Source: Candidatus Latescibacterota bacterium (GTDB lineage Bacteria > Latescibacterota > UBA2968). From it: 64,000 bases of DNA. The translations under genes were made by a program, and so were the position numbers. Location: the NCBI GenBank assembly GCA_965198115.1, contig OZ240241.1, positions 3,328,001 to 3,392,000 on the forward strand, in the 5' to 3' direction. Each line of letters opens with the position of its first letter. Within the stretch, counting starts at the first letter, position 1. This document shows positions 52,079 to 62,537 of this stretch, piece after piece. The notes below the pieces were generated by a model, which searched no databases, was not told where the DNA came from, and worked only from the letters and a program-made list of their open reading frames with translations.

Positions 52079-52897
52079 GTGAAATTCGCCATCTGTAACG
52101 AGATTATCAAAGATCGTTCGGTGGCCGAAACCTTTGAAGCGATCGCGGCGATCGGCTACGATGGGGTCGAAATCGCTCCCTGGACGCTGGGCGCCCCGAT
52201 CGACGAGCTCGACGACGCCACGCTCGAGTCGGGACGTGATGCTGCTGAAGCCGCTGGACTCCAGATCGCCGGCATCCATTGGATCTTCGGCACGGACTCC
52301 CCGTATCACATCCTGCAACCGGAGGCCCGTGACGGCACGCTCGATGTCCTCGTGCGTGCCGTCGAGATCTGCGGCGGGCTCGGCAGAGATGTGATCACCT
52401 TCGGATCGCCGTGGCAGCGAAACCGACCCGACGGAATGTCCGAATCGGAGGCAATGGATCGAGCCGTCAACCTGCTCGGCCACGACCGAATGCTCACGGC
52501 CCTGTCGGACGCGAACACCGTCTTTTGTTTCGAGCCCCTGTCCGAAAACCAGACGAACTTCATCAATCGCGCATCGGTCGCGCTCGACCTCGTCGACAGG
52601 ATCGATCATCCCAACTTCGGCACGATGCTCGACGGCTACAGTCTCACGTGGGAAGAAGACGACGTCGATACGCTCATCCGCGCCTGCGGCAGCCGACTGC
52701 GCCACTTCCACGCCGATGACGAAACCAAACAGGGGCCGGGCCAGGGAGAAGTCGACTTTCAACAGATCGCGCGGAGCCTCGACGCAATCTCATATGACGG
52801 TTGGATAAGCATCGAGGCTCACGACCATAGCGTGGACCTGGAAGCCCTGGCTGGTGGGTGGCTGGCCTACTTGCGGAGGTGTTGGATCCTAGATTGA
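52079..52897 (+). CDS. Sugar phosphate isomerase/epimerase (xylose isomerase-like TIM barrel)
   Basis: GYDGVEIAP, FEPL..QTNFIN, MLDGYS, HFHADD, PGQGEVDF, YDGWISIE. Confidence 0.88.
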   Translation: MKFAICNEIIKDRSVAETFEAIAAIGYDGVEIAPWTLGAPIDELDDATLESGRDAAEAAGLQIAGIHWIFGTDSPYHILQPEARDGTLDVLVRAVEICGGLGRDVITFGSPWQRNRPDGMSESEAMDRAVNLLGHDRMLTALSDANTVFCFEPLSENQTNFINRASVALDLVDRIDHPNFGTMLDGYSLTWEEDDVDTLIRACGSRLRHFHADDETKQGPGQGEVDFQQIARSLDAISYDGWISIEAHDHSVDLEALAGGWLAYLRRCWILD

Positions 52898-52981
52898 CCA
52901 TTGACAGGTGACCAGTGACAATTGACAAAAGAGACTTTGGTCACGGGTCACTTGTCACCGGTCAATCAATGTCCCGGTGCT

Positions 52982-53500
52982 ATGCACGAGATCTCACTCA
53001 CCGAAGCCATCGAAACAGTCCCGGTCGTAACGAGCGATTGACGTTGGTCCTGCAATCGCGAGGACAAGGGACCCGGGGTCTACTTCGCGACGTTCCCCGA
53101 GTGCAGAGAGGATCCTCTGCGCAAGGATTTCGGCCAGGTGACGGACCTGCCCTCAGCCTCGGCCAGAGGAGGCGGGCTCTTTCCGGTCCTTCTCCTTCTC
53201 GACGACGGCCGCCTGTGCTGCTCGACCAGAACCGGGTCTGCACATAGCACGGATGCCAGCTCCGAGATCAGCCTGTCATTCTCGGACGACCGTGGCAGGA
53301 CGTGGTCCGACTATCGTGTGGTCGTGAAGAGCCGACCCGAAGACAACCTCGACTGCCGAAATCAAAGCCTTGGCCAGGCGAGCGACGGCCACCTCGTTCT
53401 CACGTATGGCACGATCGGAGGCGCGGACGAGACCGACAGTGCCGGATCGCATCGTGAGATGGAGTCGATCCGGTCGGCCGACGGAGGTCTCACGCGGATT
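52982..53500 (+). pseudogene. Truncated sialidase/BNR (Asp-box) protein remnant
   Basis: Asp-boxes SFSDDRGRTW and RSADGGLT, then abrupt loss of similarity; frameshifted 5' part. Confidence 0.55.
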
Positions 53501-53585
53501 GACCCTCACCGCCCGTTACTTCATATTCCGCATCAGCATTCGAACCCCATTCAAGTTCCTCGCAAACAACGAGGCCTGACTGCAG

Positions 53586-54777
53586 ATGGCAGAAGCCACC
53601 ATCCTCATCGTTGACGACCAACCAGCAAACCTCGAATTGCTCGAGCAGGAGCTGGAGGAGGACTACGACGTCATTCTGGCAGAAAACGGTCCCACGGCGA
53701 TCGAGGTCACTGAGTCGGAGTTGCCCGATCTGATTATGATGGACGTGATGATGCCGGAGATGGACGGCTTCGAAGCCTGCCGGCTGATCAAAGCCAACGA
53801 AAAAACCGCGGGCATCCCCGTCATCTTCATCACCGCGCTCGATTCAACGGAAGATACTCTGTCCGGGTTCGACGCAGGTGGCGTGGATTTCATCACCAAA
53901 CCGTTCCAGGGGGCTGGAGGTGCTGGCGCGCGTTCGAACGCACCTTCGGATCGACGAACTAGAACGACGCGTCGAACTGCGCACGCGCGAGCTCGAGGAA
54001 ACACACGCAAAGCTGGAAGCCGCTCAGGCCGACCTGATTCGAGAGCTCGAGAGCGAACTCGAGAAGGCGAGTCGGCTTCAAATGGGCCTGATGCCGACCG
54101 AAGCCCCGAAAGCCGCGCCGCTCGAAATATGTGGGTTGTGTATTCCCGCGAATCACGTTGGAGGAGATTTCTACCAGTATTACAGCTCCGAAGGGCATTT
54201 AAGCGTCTGCCTGGCGGACGTGAGTGGGAAGGCGATGGACGCTGCGATTCCGGTCGTGATGTTCAGCGGAATTCTGAACAGCCAGATGGAGGACGACCGA
54301 CCTATCAACGAGCGGTTCGAGCGGCTTAACCGTTCCCTGCACCGGTCGCTCGACACCCGGACCTTCATCTGTTTCGAAATGGCGAAGTTCGACGCCGTCG
54401 GACGAACCGTTCACTACGCCAACGCAGGATGCCCCTACCCCTACTGGTATCGCGCTGACGAGGATTCGATTCACGAAATCGTCTCGGATAGCTATCCGCT
54501 CGGTGTTCGCGCGGACCAGACGTATGAAACGATCGAACTCGATCTGAGCACAGGAGATACGGTCGTCTTCTGTTCCGACGGCATCGTCGAGGAGACCAAC
54601 GCTCAGGGCGAGCAATTCGGATACGACCGGACTGAGCAGATCGTACTCGATGCTTGCCGAGAGGGCCTGTCTGCAGACCGGGTGGCCGACCGGATCCTGT
54701 CCACGGTCGAATCTTTCAGAAACGGCCAGAATCAGATGGACGATATGACGTGCATTGTCTTGCGCCTTGCCGGTTGA
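53586..54777 (+). CDS. Response regulator receiver plus PP2C/SpoIIE phosphatase (RsbP/RsbU-like); frameshift in G-run ~53910
   Basis: ILIVDDQ..PDLIMMDVMMPEMDG..DFITKP, then VGGDFY, ADVSGK, NAGCP, SDGIVE, DDMT. Confidence 0.88.
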
Positions 54778-54868
54778 ACCCGCAACAGTCTCCCCCTCCA
54801 CCGAGGACCATCAGCCTGCAGCAAAGATCTCACGCAATCCCTCAAAGGCCGCGCCGCGCATCGATCCA

Positions 54869-55226
54869 TCTTGTCGCCTCCCGTGCGCTCGCATTGTCGA
54901 TCACGCTCCTTGCCTGTGAATCTGAATCCCGGGCAGCGACCGTCATCCTGGCTGACATCCCCGCCGACTGCCACACCATCGCCATTCGCTTCAGCCGTCG
55001 CGCTCCCTACCACGGCAACCTCGCACTGTGGAAACCGGTGGTGGACGGACGCATCGAGGTCCACCTCGGACCCGAGTTCGCGCCTCACCGTTATGGTGTC
55101 GACGCCGTGCACATCGAGTGTCGTGACGTAGAAGGCGCCATCGTCCGAATGATGGACAACACGGAGACCATCACCATCAGCGGCGGGGAGCACGTGATAG
55201 ATCGGGATCAATTCAAGGAACGCTGA
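54869..55226 (+). CDS. Hypothetical protein, possible lipoprotein (start uncertain)
   Basis: ALALSITLLAC lipobox-like segment followed by a protein-like open frame. Confidence 0.3.
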
Positions 55227-55293
55227 TCGGGATCCGGGAAATGGCGACCGAGTTCAGAGCCTCAACATCTCCATCATCTTTAAGGAGCCGATA

Positions 55294-56817
55294 GTGCCAA
55301 CCATCGCGGTCGGTTCGTTCCTCATCGAGTGCAATCAATTCGGCGGGGCGCTCGCCGACCTGGAGACATTCAGGCGATACGACTACCTCTCTGGGGACGA
55401 GATGCTCTCGATCGCGGACGGCGCCGTGGGCGGAATGTTGTCTCTTCTGGACGAGCACGATCACGCTGTGGCGCCGCTGATCGTCGCGTCGGCGTGCCCG
55501 AGTTCGGTCGTCACCGATGCCGCCTACGATCACCTCAAGAACGAACTGCTCGATCGACTTCGTGTTGCGCTCGACGTCGACGGCGTACTCCTGGCACTGC
55601 ACGGCGCGGCCGCATCCGAATCGATCGGCGACCTGGAGGGCGATCTGCTGGAGGCGGTGCGAAATGTCGTCGGACGGGATATCCCGATCGTTGCGACGCT
55701 CGATCTCCACGCGCACGTCTCGCAGCAGATGATCGATCACTGCGACGCCCTCTTCGCGTGGGAGACCTACCCCCACCGCGACGCATTCACGACCGGCCAG
55801 CGAGGTGCAAGGGCCATCGTCGACATTCTGGCGGGTGCGCTGAAACCCACGATGGTATCCGCCAATGTCCCGGTGCTCGTCAGCGCCACGCTCGGGCACA
55901 CCGAGGGTCCCGGGCCCTTCGCCGATGTGATGCGCAAGGCCAAGCAACTCGAACGCGAAGACGATCGCATCTACAGCGTCAGCGCCTTCCTCGTTTATCC
56001 CTACCTGAACGTTCCCGATATGGGTGGCGGAGCCGTCGTCATCACGCACGATGACGAGCCACTCGCCGAAGACGTCGCAACCGACCTGGCCAGTGACTAC
56101 GGCGACCGCCGGCTCGATCTGGAGCCCGACCTCTTCACACCGGCTGACGCGATCGCGCAGGCGTCATCGCTGGGCCAGGGGCCCGTCATCCTCGCCGAGA
56201 CAGCCGACTGCTGCGGTGGTGGCGCCGCGGGCGACGGAGCACACGTCTTGAGAGCCCTCCTCGATCGCGCACCCGACCTACGCGCCTACGTACCCATCGT
56301 CGATCCGGAAGCGACTCGAGCCTGTCACGAATCGAGGGTCGGCGAGTCCATCACACTCTCGCTGGGACATCGTCTGGACCCGAAATGGGGGGACCCGGTC
56401 GAAGTCACGGGCAGAATCGAGCGACTGACGGACGGCGTCTTCACTTATCGAGGCGGTATCTGGGACGGGCGTGTTGCCGAGATGGGTCCGTCGGTGTTGC
56501 TCGGTGTCGACGGCATTCTCATCGGCGTCAGCTCGCACCCCACCTATGAATGGGCGGGCGAACAGCTCGAGCACTTCGGTGTGAGTTATCGTGACCTGCG
56601 TTTTGTCGTCGCGAAGAATCCGATGAACTATCATATGGCCTTCGCCGACAACATTGCTTCCTTCGTCCTGGATACGCCGGGACCGACACCCCCGACTTGC
56701 CGTCATCTGGACTACACGAAAATGGCGAGACCCTACCACCCCGCTGACGAGGACATCGATAGGATTGTGGTCTTCAAGAGAGGTAAAAGGGTGATCCGGA
56801 ATCGGGGAGCCGCGTAA
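55294..56817 (+). CDS. M81-family metallopeptidase (MlrC-like)
   Basis: ECNQF, DGVLLALHGA, DLEGDLL, TLDLHAH, TYPHRD, ETADCCGGGAAGD. Confidence 0.9.
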   Translation: MPTIAVGSFLIECNQFGGALADLETFRRYDYLSGDEMLSIADGAVGGMLSLLDEHDHAVAPLIVASACPSSVVTDAAYDHLKNELLDRLRVALDVDGVLLALHGAAASESIGDLEGDLLEAVRNVVGRDIPIVATLDLHAHVSQQMIDHCDALFAWETYPHRDAFTTGQRGARAIVDILAGALKPTMVSANVPVLVSATLGHTEGPGPFADVMRKAKQLEREDDRIYSVSAFLVYPYLNVPDMGGGAVVITHDDEPLAEDVATDLASDYGDRRLDLEPDLFTPADAIAQASSLGQGPVILAETADCCGGGAAGDGAHVLRALLDRAPDLRAYVPIVDPEATRACHESRVGESITLSLGHRLDPKWGDPVEVTGRIERLTDGVFTYRGGIWDGRVAEMGPSVLLGVDGILIGVSSHPTYEWAGEQLEHFGVSYRDLRFVVAKNPMNYHMAFADNIASFVLDTPGPTPPTCRHLDYTKMARPYHPADEDIDRIVVFKRGKRVIRNRGAA

Positions 56818-56849
56818 CCGGTCAACTCTGGTCGCGCTGAAAGGACGGG

Positions 56850-57956
56850 ATGTCTAGCACCGACGAAACAAATTTCCAATTCACGAAGCAGGGTCCGTTG
56901 ATCTCTCCCCACCCCTCGATGCCAGAGCCCGGACCCTACTACACCTGTCTGGTTCCGATGTCGGACGTAGAAGGGTTTCCGTTCGACTATGCCCTCTACT
57001 TTTCAACCGATCACGACAAGGAAGAGGGCGGTATCTGGTTGTATCTCTGCGACGGTTGCCCTACCAGCCCCGGATGGGTCTCCTACGAGGCAGCGGTTGC
57101 GGGTGGGCGATTCGATCACATCGAGGAGAAACCCTCGGGCAACCCGATCTTCCGCGACGACGTTCAGGGCGACGGCCACACCGAAACGCCGCACGCCAAC
57201 GTCATCAACGGTGTCGTCCATCTCACCTACCACAAAACCTGTGGTCACAGTCAGTCGACCCTCCTCGCCAAGTCGCGCGACGGCGTCAACTTTTCTCGCC
57301 TGAACGGAAATGAAGACTCCATCATCCTCGACTACGAACCGAGTGAACGTCACGGCGACGGTCACACGGGCTACTTCCGCTGGAGCCGCAATCCGTTCGC
57401 CGGTATCCCTCATCGTTACGTCGGCTATTCTCTCCACGGTGGCGGGGACGACTTTCACTCCGCCATCTGGGTATCCGACGACGCCGTCCGATGGGATCGC
57501 CTGGACATACTGGATCCCATCCTGGGTTTCGCCGTTCCATCAGACGATACGGAGCTTATCTGGCACGAATTCGATCCGGCGTCGATCACGAAACTCGGCG
57601 ACGAGGAATATGTCGCCATCTGCGGCGTCGGCACCCGCGCATCCGGCGGTGTCGGCCGTCTAACCGAGCTCTATGAAATCTTCCTCGGACCCGATGGACG
57701 GACGCTCAAGCGGGAGTGTCGGAAGTCTCTGAGTGTGCAAACCGATGCCGACGATTCCGAAGAACTCGCTTCACCCACGTCCGTCGTCATCGGCGACACG
57801 CACCATCTCATCTACGTCGGTGCCACTGCGGAGGGGACCGTCAACACCGTGATGGGGGCTCGCGGGGCATTCGACAATGATGCAAAAAGGCCGGCAGCGC
57901 TCAGCACGTCGGAACAACGGCGGCATATACAAGAGCCTGTGGACGGTAACCGGTAG
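56850..57956 (+). CDS. Hypothetical beta-propeller (glycosidase-like) protein
   Basis: YALYFSTDH, HTETPHA, AKSRDGVNF and WVSDDAVRW repeats. Confidence 0.55.
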   Translation: MSSTDETNFQFTKQGPLISPHPSMPEPGPYYTCLVPMSDVEGFPFDYALYFSTDHDKEEGGIWLYLCDGCPTSPGWVSYEAAVAGGRFDHIEEKPSGNPIFRDDVQGDGHTETPHANVINGVVHLTYHKTCGHSQSTLLAKSRDGVNFSRLNGNEDSIILDYEPSERHGDGHTGYFRWSRNPFAGIPHRYVGYSLHGGGDDFHSAIWVSDDAVRWDRLDILDPILGFAVPSDDTELIWHEFDPASITKLGDEEYVAICGVGTRASGGVGRLTELYEIFLGPDGRTLKRECRKSLSVQTDADDSEELASPTSVVIGDTHHLIYVGATAEGTVNTVMGARGAFDNDAKRPAALSTSEQRRHIQEPVDGNR

Positions 57957-58081
57957 GTTCTCCTTCACCTACAGCGCCTTAACGGACACGCCGTCGTCAA
58001 CCGTCATTTATACTCCGTCTTCTGCCTTTCTCCGAGTGCTCCGTGTTCTCTGTGGTTCGTTCTGTATTACACGAGGTGCCA

Positions 58082-59749
58082 ATGCCCCGCCCGAACATCC
58101 TTGTCCTGATGACCGATCAGCAACGCCACGATGCGCTGCGCTGCTCCGGGAACGACGAAATCCGGACGCCCAATCTCGACGCACTCGCGTCATCTGGCGT
58201 TCGCTTCACGCAGGCCGTCACACCGACACCGGTCTGTGTTGCCGCACGGATGAGTTTCATCACCGGTCATCGAGTAAGTCAAACACACTGGGTCGCCAAC
58301 AACGCGCTTCCAGGCCCCTGCCCCGAACTGCCGACGATGATGGGCACTTTGCTGCGAGCCGGCTATTGGACACAGGGGATCGGCAAGATGCACTTCCGCG
58401 GTCGTCACTACGGTCTTCAGGATCTGCTGACGATGGAAGAGTGCGTCGACCACTACGTCGACGACGACTACATCCGATACCTGCGCGCGAACGGCGTCCC
58501 TACGCGGTTTCCCAAGGGCTTCCGCGACCTGCTGATGATGCAGCCGCAGACCTGCGCGATTCCGGTCGAACATCATATGAACACGTGGGTCGCGGATCGA
58601 TCCGTCGAGTTCCTGCGTGAACACACGCACCACCGCACCGATCAGCCCTTCTTCCTGTGGTCGTCGTGGATCTCCCCACATCCGCCCTTCGCGCCGTGCG
58701 AACCTTACGACTCGATGTATGACCCGTCGAAGATGGCCCTCCCCCATTACCCCGACCGTCCGATCGAGGATCTGCCACCAGGCCTGATCCGACAGCGGGG
58801 TCGATTGGACGGAAGCCACCGCGACCCAGACCGCATTCGTCGAGTGCGCGCACTCTACAACGGGCTCGTCTCTCACGTCGACGATAGTGTCGGCCGCATC
58901 CTTTCGGAGCTCGATGACCTCGGAATCGCAGAGAACACGGTCGTCCTCTTCGTGTCCGACCACGGCGAGATGCTCGGCGATCACGGCATCGGGCAAAAGT
59001 TCTGCCCCTACGAACATTCCGTCCGAATCCCATTCCTCCTCCGTTGGCCCGGACGTACGGAGGCCGGACGCGTCAGCGACGACCTCGTCAGCTTGCTCGA
59101 CGTCTATCCAACGATCCTCGCCGAACTCGACCTCGCCTACCCCGATACCCAGCCCTCTTTGACTGGTTCCAGCCTCCTCGGTAAGTCGGGCGGCGGACTC
59201 GGAGTCGCTCGAGATGCGATGCCGATCGATTTTGGAGCAGGAAAATCGCGCTGGATGGCGCTCAGAAGTTGGGACAGGATGCATACGTTCTTCGCCAACG
59301 GAGGAGTCGAAGAATGCTACGATCTCACGGCAGATCCGTGGGAAACTCGCAACCTGATCGACGATCCACCGGGTTGGGCAGCCGACTGGCGAGCGCGACT
59401 CGTCGGCTGGGAGCGCGAAAACGGATTTTCAGATTCGTTCGAGGGCGACTGTCTCCGCACCTTCGAGGCGCCGTCACCGCCGCGGGAAGAGGACTGCCGT
59501 AACATCACACTCAACGATGGCGCGTGGCCCAAACGGATGCCCGTTGAAGAAAGTGACGACATCGAAACTTTCGCCGAAGCGTTCGACCGAATGATCAGCA
59601 AGGAAACCACGCTTACCCCCGACAAGCTGAGCATCGCCGACTACCGGAAGCAGATCGAAGCGGCCGAACCGAACGCGGAAGGTGGAGAAAGTCTGGTAGG
59701 AACGAAGTGGGAAGCTGCCTGGCGCGAGGCGGGATCGAGTTCCGAGTAG
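58082..59749 (+). CDS. Sulfatase (formylglycine-type)
   Basis: PNILVLMTDQQR, CVAAR (CxAxR), GKMHF, PHPPF, SDHGEMLGDHG, YDLTADPWE. Confidence 0.92.
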   Translation: MPRPNILVLMTDQQRHDALRCSGNDEIRTPNLDALASSGVRFTQAVTPTPVCVAARMSFITGHRVSQTHWVANNALPGPCPELPTMMGTLLRAGYWTQGIGKMHFRGRHYGLQDLLTMEECVDHYVDDDYIRYLRANGVPTRFPKGFRDLLMMQPQTCAIPVEHHMNTWVADRSVEFLREHTHHRTDQPFFLWSSWISPHPPFAPCEPYDSMYDPSKMALPHYPDRPIEDLPPGLIRQRGRLDGSHRDPDRIRRVRALYNGLVSHVDDSVGRILSELDDLGIAENTVVLFVSDHGEMLGDHGIGQKFCPYEHSVRIPFLLRWPGRTEAGRVSDDLVSLLDVYPTILAELDLAYPDTQPSLTGSSLLGKSGGGLGVARDAMPIDFGAGKSRWMALRSWDRMHTFFANGGVEECYDLTADPWETRNLIDDPPGWAADWRARLVGWERENGFSDSFEGDCLRTFEAPSPPREEDCRNITLNDGAWPKRMPVEESDDIETFAEAFDRMISKETTLTPDKLSIADYRKQIEAAEPNAEGGESLVGTKWEAAWREAGSSSE

Positions 59750-59995
59750 CGAGTGAAAGGTCGGTGTTGCCTTCTGAACTCGGAACTCTTCATTAATTCA
59801 ATTTTTTATAACCTCCAGTATTTACTGATTCTTAGGTTACTTACCAACAAAAGTGGCCCCGGGGCCACTTTTAAGAACTCGGGCCAGACCGCCTTCCTTC
59901 GTTTCCTCGGTGACCCTCAGCAGTGTATCTTCCAGTTCTCACGCACCGGGAATGTCTCCCTTTCGTGTGTTTCGTGTATTTCGTGGTAGTTTCCT

Positions 59996-60784
59996 ATGAC
60001 TGACATCCGCGCACACAACCGTGACGCCTGGAATCGCCAGGTCGAAGGCGGCAACGAGTGGACGATCCCCGTCACCTCCGAGGAAGTCGCGGCCGCCCGA
60101 GCAGGCGAGTGGTCCATCTATCTCACGCCCAAAAAGCCCGTTCCGAGGGAGTGGTTTCCCGATCCGCTGGCCGGCTGTGAGGTCCTGTGCCTTGCCTCCG
60201 GCGGAGGCCAGCAGGGTCCGATTCTGGCTGCCGTCGGCGCGAATGTGACCGTCTACGACAACGCACCCGCCCAACTCGCGCGTGAAGCGGAAGTCGCCAG
60301 CCGAGACGGACTGACCATTCGCACGATCGAGGGAGATATGCGCGACCTTTCCGCGCTGGGAGACGGTGTCTTCGACCTCATCATCCACCCCGTGTCCAAC
60401 GTATTCATCCCCGATGTGCACCCGGTCTGGCAGGAGGCTGCCCGTGTCCTCCGCGGCGGTGGAGCCCTCCTTTCGGGCTTCACGAATCCCACCATCTACC
60501 TGTTCGACGGACAGCGTATCCTACGCGACGGCACGATGACGGTCGCCCATCGCCTCCCCTACTCCGATGCCGAGAGTCTGTCGACCAAAGAGATCGAACA
60601 GCGCGCCCGGGAGGGGGAACCGCTGGAGTTCAGTCACACCTTTCAGGACCTCATCGGCGGCCAGACCGACGCCGGCCTGGTCATTGCCGGATTCTACGGA
60701 GATCGGTATCGAAAAGAATCCGGAGACGTTACCTCGAAGGTGATGGACGTTTTCTTCACCACACGCGCCCTCAAGCCCGCGTAG
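59996..60784 (+). CDS. Class I SAM-dependent methyltransferase
   Basis: VLCLASGGGQQ, EGDMRDLS, FDLIIHPVS, RVLRGGG. Confidence 0.88.
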   Translation: MTDIRAHNRDAWNRQVEGGNEWTIPVTSEEVAAARAGEWSIYLTPKKPVPREWFPDPLAGCEVLCLASGGGQQGPILAAVGANVTVYDNAPAQLAREAEVASRDGLTIRTIEGDMRDLSALGDGVFDLIIHPVSNVFIPDVHPVWQEAARVLRGGGALLSGFTNPTIYLFDGQRILRDGTMTVAHRLPYSDAESLSTKEIEQRAREGEPLEFSHTFQDLIGGQTDAGLVIAGFYGDRYRKESGDVTSKVMDVFFTTRALKPA

Positions 60785-60879
60785 CTTGGAGCGTATCGCC
60801 GTGTTCGTTCTCGTCGTGCGTATTTCACATCCCATCTCTACCGTGAACGCAACCCATCGCCTGTCAATCCATCTCATCG

Positions 60880-60995
60880 CCCTCTGCGAAACATTCGGCT
60901 CGAACAGCACTCCATTTGACTTCGATGAGAGTGGGATCGTCGACTTCGACGACTCCCTCCGCTTCGCCTCCGTCTTTGGCGAGACTGCCGGCTGA
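60880..60995 (+). pseudogene. Isolated EF-hand/dockerin-like C-terminal fragment
   Basis: FDFDESGIVDFDDSLRFASVFG followed by a stop; no convincing start. Confidence 0.4.
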
Positions 60996-61163
60996 ACAAA
61001 CGAAGACGCGAGGTCGAAGATGGAGCCGCGGGAAGCAGTCATCCTGCTTGCGATCTCACTCCGATCGACCGATCCTAACGTCCTCACCAAACGTTCACAC
61101 CTCTAGTGACCACGAGTTCGCTATGAAGATCACCGACCTCAAGTGCACCGTCATCGGCCAGAA

Positions 61164-62537
61164 GAGTTCAGGTCAATAGGTGTGTAAAAGAAATCAGGCG
61201 GCCATCTTCCCGGCTTCGACCTGCGGTCCGGTTGAGTGTTTCTGATCGTAGACTTGTTGTAGCAAGTGTGGCGCGGTGAGTTTCCTGAATCGGCTCTCTG
61301 CGACCTTGAGCGTACGCCAGATGAGAGTCGTGGCGTTCCTGACTTTCTTGAATCGCCTGGCGGCGTTTGTGCGAAGCCGAACGGAAGCAAAGGGGCTCTC
61401 GACGACGTTCGTGGTTCTCAGGTGTTTCCAGTGTTCCTTCGGGAAGTCGTAGAACGTGACCATCCGATCCCAGTCTCTTTCGAGCGTCTCCACGGCGGCA
61501 GGGAACTGTGAGCGATACCGTGCGGCAAAGCGTTTCCGGAGCTTCTCGGCCTCCTTTTTCGTGCCGGCATAGGGGATCTGGACGAGCAGTGCGCGGGCTT
61601 CAGCCTGTGCACGCTTGGCGACCTTGTCGAGCACGTTGAGGATCTTGTGGTTCCAGCACCGTTGTTGCCGGCTCTCTGGCCAGACCTGATCAACGGCCGC
61701 CCAGATGCCCATATTCCCGTCCGCGGCGATCAGGACAGGATGTTCGAGCCCGCGATCCCGGAGATCCCGGAGCACCGTGAGCCAGGATTCTGTAGACTCT
61801 CGATAACCGGGTTCTATCGCCAGGATCTCCTTGCTGCCGTCGCTCATCGCGCCGATCACGACCAGCAGACACGCCTTCTCGCGCTCGAGCCCGGCTTTGA
61901 CGTAGATGCCATCAGCCCAGGCGTAGACCAGTTCGCGATTATCCAGACGCCTTTCTTTCCAGTCCTGGAAGTCGACCTCCCACTTCCCTCGAAGACGAGC
62001 GATCGAGGTCGGCGAAAGCGGCGCGCCATCACCGAGCAGCGCACGCAAAGACAACTCGAAGTCGCCCTGGGAGAGACCGCGGAGATAAAGGTCGGGAAGC
62101 AGATCTCCAATGGCCCTGGTTCTCCGGGCGAACAGGGGGAGGATGCGGCTTTCAAACCGCTCTTCCAGACCACGAACCCGGGGACGCCGGACCTTGATCG
62201 TTCCGCAGCTCGTCGAGAGACGCCGGGGCTTGCCGTAGTCGTTCCTGTAGCCCGTGGAGCTATCGACCTCGGCTCGGCGCTCATACCACGACCGGCCCAA
62301 GAACGCGGTCGCCTCCTCCTCCAGAATGGACTGGAACCGGCCCTGGATCTCTTCACGGATCCAATCGTCAACCGTCTCCCACGTCGGCATGGACTTCAAT
62401 GGGACTCTATGCGTATGTTCCTTCACGGCGATCCTCCTTCCCAACCGGGCCTCTCACCCGGTTTTGTGTGAATCAACTATCTCACGGGAAGTGTAGGGTC
62501 GCCCTTTCTCTTTTTCCACACCTTTTGATTATAGCTC
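61164..62537 (-). mobile_element. IS256-family element (copy 3)
   Basis: Same ends; 9-bp TSD CGGCCAGAA. Confidence 0.95.
61194..62426 (-). CDS. IS256-family transposase
   Basis: Near-identical to copies 1 and 2, with a few substitutions. Confidence 0.93.
   Translation of the reverse strand: MKEHTHRVPLKSMPTWETVDDWIREEIQGRFQSILEEEATAFLGRSWYERRAEVDSSTGYRNDYGKPRRLSTSCGTIKVRRPRVRGLEERFESRILPLFARRTRAIGDLLPDLYLRGLSQGDFELSLRALLGDGAPLSPTSIARLRGKWEVDFQDWKERRLDNRELVYAWADGIYVKAGLEREKACLLVVIGAMSDGSKEILAIEPGYRESTESWLTVLRDLRDRGLEHPVLIAADGNMGIWAAVDQVWPESRQQRCWNHKILNVLDKVAKRAQAEARALLVQIPYAGTKKEAEKLRKRFAARYRSQFPAAVETLERDWDRMVTFYDFPKEHWKHLRTTNVVESPFASVRLRTNAARRFKKVRNATTLIWRTLKVAESRFRKLTAPHLLQQVYDQKHSTGPQVEAGKMAA

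Noticed and set aside
112-54777. Programmed frameshifting or mass pseudogenisation (frameshifts at ~1657, 2240, 6140, 19712, 23195, 27695, 36150, 53910)
   Set aside because: Single-base indels, often in short homopolymers, in otherwise undecayed genes. Long-read consensus error is the simpler explanation, though reads are needed to confirm.
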